40,000 nt of DNA. Source: Dongshaea marina (GTDB lineage: Bacteria; Pseudomonadota; Gammaproteobacteria; Enterobacterales; Aeromonadaceae). The stretch is taken from NCBI RefSeq assembly GCF_003072645.1, contig NZ_CP028897.1:655658-695657 (forward strand), given 5' to 3'. Position 1 is the stretch's first letter, and the number at the start of each line of letters is the position of its first letter. Of this stretch, positions 36,187 through 40,000 are shown piece by piece. The notes below the pieces were generated by a model. The model had not been told where the DNA came from. It was given only the letters and a program-made list of their open reading frames with translations, and made no database searches. Made by a program: the position numbers and the translations under genes.

Positions 36187-36963
36187 ATGAAAAAAACACT
36201 GGGGTTATTGATCTCATTATTAATGCTATCTGGCGTCAGCTTTGTTAGTTGGGCCGGGACTGGCATTGAGTATCAGTATGGGACCATCTCTGAGTTACTG
36301 GCTGGAAACTATAGCCAGAAAGTTGATGTGAAACAGGTGATTAAAGATGGAAACTCGATTGGTGTTGGAGCCGGGGTTGGTCTTGGTGAGGTGATTGTTC
36401 TCAACAAAAAGGCTTATCTTGCCGATCCAGAGGGCAGGGTGAAGCAGCTTGGTGCAAGTGATGGACTATCTTACCTGACGGCAGCAGCTTTCAATGCCGA
36501 TCCTTCACTCAGGATCCAGATTAATCAGCCGATGCAACTAAGCAAACTACAGGCTGTTATTTTAGATAAGGTAAAAAATAATCAGCAGGGCTATGCGATT
36601 AAGATCTCGGGTGAATTTAGCAGGCTGCTTGCGCGTAGTGAAAAGTTTACCACAGCTCATGGTGTCCCTCTGGTACAGTGGATGAAGAACAATGAAAATC
36701 GCTACACCCTGACCGATATTCGTGGAACCCTGATCTCTTTTTATTCACCGCCCTATGTCAAAGGATTTGGGGTGCCCGGGTTCCATAGTCACTTTATCAG
36801 CAGCGATCATAAGGTCGCTGGGCATGTTTTGAGTGGTTCGGTGAAGCGGGTGGTTATCGAGGTTGAGCCTTTGTTGGGTTTTAATCTCAGGCCCGGCAAC
36901 ACTTTCAACCGGGATAAGGAGGTGTCGCTGGCGGGGTTACATAAGCTCGAAAATGCCCATTAG
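36187..36963 (+). CDS. alpha-acetolactate decarboxylase family protein with signal peptide
   Basis: ATG 36187 after AAGGAGA. MKKTLGLLISLLMLSGVSFVSWA. YQYGTISELLAGNY and GVPGFHSHFISSDHKVAGHVL (His triad) are ALDC hallmarks. Confidence 0.7.
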   Translation: MKKTLGLLISLLMLSGVSFVSWAGTGIEYQYGTISELLAGNYSQKVDVKQVIKDGNSIGVGAGVGLGEVIVLNKKAYLADPEGRVKQLGASDGLSYLTAAAFNADPSLRIQINQPMQLSKLQAVILDKVKNNQQGYAIKISGEFSRLLARSEKFTTAHGVPLVQWMKNNENRYTLTDIRGTLISFYSPPYVKGFGVPGFHSHFISSDHKVAGHVLSGSVKRVVIEVEPLLGFNLRPGNTFNRDKEVSLAGLHKLENAH

Positions 36964-37123
36964 CCTTCTTCTGTTTTGCCCAGGTAATAGGATTCAGGGG
37001 CGTTTTAATTGTATAAAAATTCGGTCATTACCCCAGGCTTTCACTATGGTATGTGCATAGGCAGGAGCGAGTCGTTGTCTCACTTGCTTCGGTAAATGGA
37101 TTTATTTCTGTCTGGAGACTGTC

Positions 37124-37951
37124 ATGGTTATCTTTCCTCTGGTATTAGCAGCTGCTGGTTTTGTTGTCACCTTTGGCTCCGTGATCCTTTATTTTCGGAC
37201 CATTCCCAGGGGGAAGGTTCCTGAAAAGGTAGGTGGCTTTGCTTTTTCACTCATCCTGGGAATGCTTCTGGCATTTATCGCGATAGCGATCGCCTTGCGG
37301 GATCAGATCTTTGGTGAGCCGCTTATCTATATCCTGGGTGTGTTAACGCTTTTTTTCGGCGGCTTTATCCTTTGGGTTCTGAGTCAGCGAAAAATTCAGA
37401 TGGACGATCTCAAGGTCAGGGTGGGTGAGCCTCTATTGCCCTTTACTGCACTAACCTCTGAGGGAGATGCTTTTGACAGTGATTCTCTTGCCGGGAAAAG
37501 AGTACTCTTTAAATTTTTCCGTGGGGGCTGGTGTCCCTACTGTTCGGCCGAGTTGGTGAGTTTTAACAGATTAGGGGAGCAGCTTAAAGCCCATGGGGTT
37601 GAGGTGATGGCTCTCAGTAAAGACACAATCGAGAATGCCTCAATTCACAAGGCCCGGGATGAGCTGGACTTTACCCTGCTTTGCGATCCTGAGCTCAGGG
37701 TGATCAGACAGTATGGTGTTGAGCACCGCAAAGCATTAGGACAGAGTGAGGGCAGCAAGACCACCAAGAGCCTGGTGGGCGGGATCCCGCTGGGGATGAC
37801 TCCATTTAGTTTTCAGGCGATGGCGATCCCGACAACCTTGCTCATTGATGAGCAGGGGGTGATCCAATGGATCGATCAGACCGATGACTACCGGCTACGC
37901 AGCAACGAAAAACGGGTGATGGATGCGGTAAAATCAGCCTTTGAGAACTAA
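37124..37951 (+). CDS. membrane-anchored AhpC/TSA-type redoxin (peroxiredoxin-like)
   Basis: Three N-terminal TM segments, then a thioredoxin-fold domain with FKFFRGGWCPYCSAEL. Confidence 0.7.
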   Translation: MVIFPLVLAAAGFVVTFGSVILYFRTIPRGKVPEKVGGFAFSLILGMLLAFIAIAIALRDQIFGEPLIYILGVLTLFFGGFILWVLSQRKIQMDDLKVRVGEPLLPFTALTSEGDAFDSDSLAGKRVLFKFFRGGWCPYCSAELVSFNRLGEQLKAHGVEVMALSKDTIENASIHKARDELDFTLLCDPELRVIRQYGVEHRKALGQSEGSKTTKSLVGGIPLGMTPFSFQAMAIPTTLLIDEQGVIQWIDQTDDYRLRSNEKRVMDAVKSAFEN

Positions 37952-38001
37952 CCGGGCTTCTGGCGGCTAATTTAAGGCGTTACCGGATATGAAACTGGAG
38001 A

Positions 38002-38078
38002 TGGTGGCCCCTGCTGGACTTGAACCAGCGACCAATCGATTATGAGTCGACTGCTCTAACCAACTGAGCTAAGGGGCC
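38002..38078 (-). tRNA. ileX: tRNA with CAU anticodon, ileX-type tRNA-Ile2 (lysidine-dependent) rather than tRNA-Met
   Basis: The reverse complement GGCCCCTTAGCTCAGTTGGTTAGAGCAGTCGACTCATAATCGATTGGTCGCTGGTTCAAGTCCAGCAGGGGCCACCA is almost identical to E. coli ileX as recalled. Clean cloverleaf. Confidence 0.85.
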
Positions 38079-38348
38079 GTGACTGCAATTCTTACACTCC
38101 TTGCGCCGATCGCAAAGCGAAATTTGCATAATTAAGGTTTTCACCCGAGAAAGGCGATCTTTTACTCAAAAATATACTTTTTTATCTTTTTGCTTTGTGA
38201 GAGGTTCGCGCTGGCTTATCGTGATGGCGTGCGTCTGGTCTGTTAGTGTCTGAAAAGGTTACAGGGAACGGACAGGGACCCGTGCCAGTACGCACTCCTT
38301 ATTTTATGATTCAGCCTTCTCAAGCCCTTTGTTGCAGGCTGGTGATGC

Positions 38349-38537
38349 TCAGCTCGGTTCTAAATGAGCTGAATGCTGAAGGTAGATGTTACGGCATTCA
38401 CTTTTCAGAAATACGGCCTGAGGGCCACAACGGATGCACCAGGCAGCGCCAAGCAGGTGGCCTTTCTCGTCAGTGTTTCCGGATGTTCTGAAGACGTATC
38501 CACATTCGGGACAGGCGACTTTAATCGATTTTTGCAT
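38349..38537 (-). CDS. small zinc-ribbon protein (CPECG...CIRCG)
   Basis: 62-aa ORF immediately downstream of the HTH ORF. The CxxC-N22-CxxC arrangement is reminiscent of phage Ogr/Delta-type zinc fingers. The C-terminal part is of doubtful coding quality. Confidence 0.35.
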   Translation of the reverse strand: MQKSIKVACPECGYVFRTSGNTDEKGHLLGAAWCIRCGPQAVFLKSECRNIYLQHSAHLEPS

Positions 38538-38555
38538 AAGACCTCCAAAAATGGA

Positions 38556-38741
38556 TCAGGATGAGTGCTCAAGAACCGACATGATTCTTTGGAGTTCCGG
38601 ATAGGGCGGCAGGCGGTTGTGGGTCAGATATCCCCTGAGTCGAGCCGGGTCACAGTGACTATCTTTCGCAAGCTGCTCCAGGGTCAGATTTTTTTGCCGC
38701 ATCTGCTGTTTGATGGCATCTGTGTATAGCATAACTGGCAC
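38556..38741 (-). CDS. small helix-turn-helix protein
   Basis: 61 aa. LTLEQLAKDSHCDPARLRGYL looks like an HTH. Confidence 0.4.
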   Translation of the reverse strand: MPVMLYTDAIKQQMRQKNLTLEQLAKDSHCDPARLRGYLTHNRLPPYPELQRIMSVLEHSS

Positions 38742-38968
38742 TCTCCCATAACAAGATGAACTACCTTATCCCTGAACCGGGACTCTTCTGTTCGGAGTTA
38801 CTCTTTCAACCGATGAGATGATTATTGGCGAAGTGGTTGAGCCTGACTATAAGGGATTGACCCTAGATAGAGGTGAGGGAGATCGCAATCAGCTGTTTCA
38901 GAGCAAAGGTATACCGCTCCAACCCGTGGGTGGGTTCCGGGGTTGATGAGAGCGGTGTGGAGGAAGCC

Positions 38969-39283
38969 TTAGCGGTTTTGGCTTGCATTCCCTGATGACT
39001 GAGGCGAAGATCGGGCACTTGAGCGAGAGAGCTCAGAAAAATGCTCGATCATGTCATGCAGGATGTCAGGGTTTACACCATCGATCTTTGTGGTATCGAT
39101 GCCGAGTTGATCGAGCTTTTTTAGCAGTTCATCGTAGCTCGGCCGGTTGATAACGTAGCCCATGGCACACTCCATGTGTTCATGTGAAGCTCTAATAAGA
39201 ACAATAATCTGATCGAAAATCAATGAGTTCAAAGGGGCAATTGTGGGATCTATGTTGGAGATTTGTAGAAAAAAATCTAACAT
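38969..39283 (-). CDS. hypothetical protein (real start probably an internal Met)
   Basis: ORF only. The plausible core is MGYVINRPSYDELLKKLDQLGIDTTKIDGVNPDILHDMIEHF. Confidence 0.3.
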   Translation of the reverse strand: MLDFFLQISNIDPTIAPLNSLIFDQIIVLIRASHEHMECAMGYVINRPSYDELLKKLDQLGIDTTKIDGVNPDILHDMIEHFSELSRSSARSSPQSSGNASQNR

Positions 39284-39366
39284 TGTTAACCCGATACCAT
39301 ATCATGGCCAGTAATGTTCTGATTGTTTTAAGCGGCGCAGATCGCGATTTTACCCAAGGATGATCG

Positions 39367-39609
39367 ATGAAAGTACATGTGAAGAAGATACATGCTCCAC
39401 AGGAAACCACTGAGTGTTTTGGGGATGATTGGGTGGAGATCGTGGTGAATGCTTCAGCGCTTCTGCCTCTGACAACCAACCTGACCTCCTGGCTGAAGAG
39501 TAATGACTCGAGAAAAGTGGAGTTTACCCATAAGGGATTGACGATTAAGGTCGATGAGTCAGAGCAGATTCCGGGGATTTTTGATCAGATCAAACGCTTA
39601 GATGAATAG
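39367..39609 (+). CDS. hypothetical protein
   Basis: 80-aa ORF divergent from 38969-39283. No recognisable family. Confidence 0.3.
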   Translation: MKVHVKKIHAPQETTECFGDDWVEIVVNASALLPLTTNLTSWLKSNDSRKVEFTHKGLTIKVDESEQIPGIFDQIKRLDE

Positions 39610-40000
39610 GGCTGAGTCGGGAATCTCTCTCGGGAAGCTACTGAGGAGCGTAAGATTGTCGCTGTAAGATGGCTTTTGCGGGTCATACCAAAGATTTTTC
39701 TACCTTCAGCACTATAAAAGCATAAATTCAGATCTGCTCAGAGGCGCAGCACCTGGGCTGGAAGTGGTCTTGCTTGTTAAATTGACCACTTATTCAGTGT
39801 GGGAACCTTTTGTCCGTGATAAAATGCCGCTCCGAGGCCACCCCTGTTATTACTGTATCCGGATGCGTCCCCTTTCATTAAGGCTCATCATTGTACTGCG
39901 GTTATCACTCTTTTTATCCCTGGTGGTCTCATGACTCTCAATTGATGAGCATCACTGGCCGCGTACTCGAATGCCTCTGTTGCTGAGGCTACATCGAATG

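Noticed and set aside
34800-38078. A genomic island integrated at the tRNA-Ile(CAU) gene.
   Set aside because: No integrase was found, and I could find no direct repeat of the tRNA 3' end. Only the accessory-looking gene content and a decayed antitoxin point that way, which is not enough to call a mobile element.
38849-38861. The 13-nt direct repeat ATAAGGGATTGAC at 38849-38861 and 39530-39542.
   Set aside because: A single exact 13-mer match is expected by chance several times in 40 kb. No flanking similarity was seen.
39888-40000. A minus-strand reading frame open to the window edge: ...FDVASATEAFEYAASDAHQLRVMRPPGIKRVITAVQ-stop.
   Set aside because: Only 36 codons are visible and no family signature is present. 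It may be the 3' end of a gene outside the window, but that is not supportable.

Overview
40-kb chromosomal segment, about 50% GC. Gene content and order look gammaproteobacterial and Vibrionaceae-like, but taxonomy cannot be verified from here. No transposase, integrase, CRISPR array or rRNA was seen. Left to right: deoA (partial)-deoB-deoD; focA; three small minus-strand genes (secreted protein, YgiW-like OB-fold protein, ACT-domain protein) and a frameshifted polytopic permease behind a long structured leader; fdhD; selC (tRNA-Sec)-selA-selB; an orphan binding lipoprotein; an 11-gene hydrogenase-4-type formate hydrogenlyase operon hyfABCDEFGHIJ-hycI; hydN-fdhF, where fdhF carries the in-frame UGA-Sec codon and a SECIS hairpin; an OFA-family MFS transporter; the sigma-54 activator fhlA. 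After that come accessory genes (truncated antitoxin-like ORF, YfdX-like, secreted acetolactate-decarboxylase-like, membrane-anchored redoxin), tRNA-Ile(CAU) and small HTH and zinc-ribbon ORFs. Regulatory signals readable by eye are sigma-54 promoters with shared upstream half-sites before hyfA, hydN and (weaker) focA, an FNR-type box at class II distance before selC, and a consensus CRP box before fhlA. The least ordinary signal is three non-coding tracts (about 4390-4850, 13285-13870, 34050-34790), each directly downstream of a plus-strand operon of the formate module. They hold more than 20 short hairpins whose stems all differ but whose loops keep A-N-GGA-U/C, and they share shuffled sequence modules. 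They look like CsrA/RsmA-titrating (CsrB-like) RNA genes or a new hairpin-array repeat family. Four frameshifts that disrupt three genes all sit in G/C runs and are probably assembly errors.
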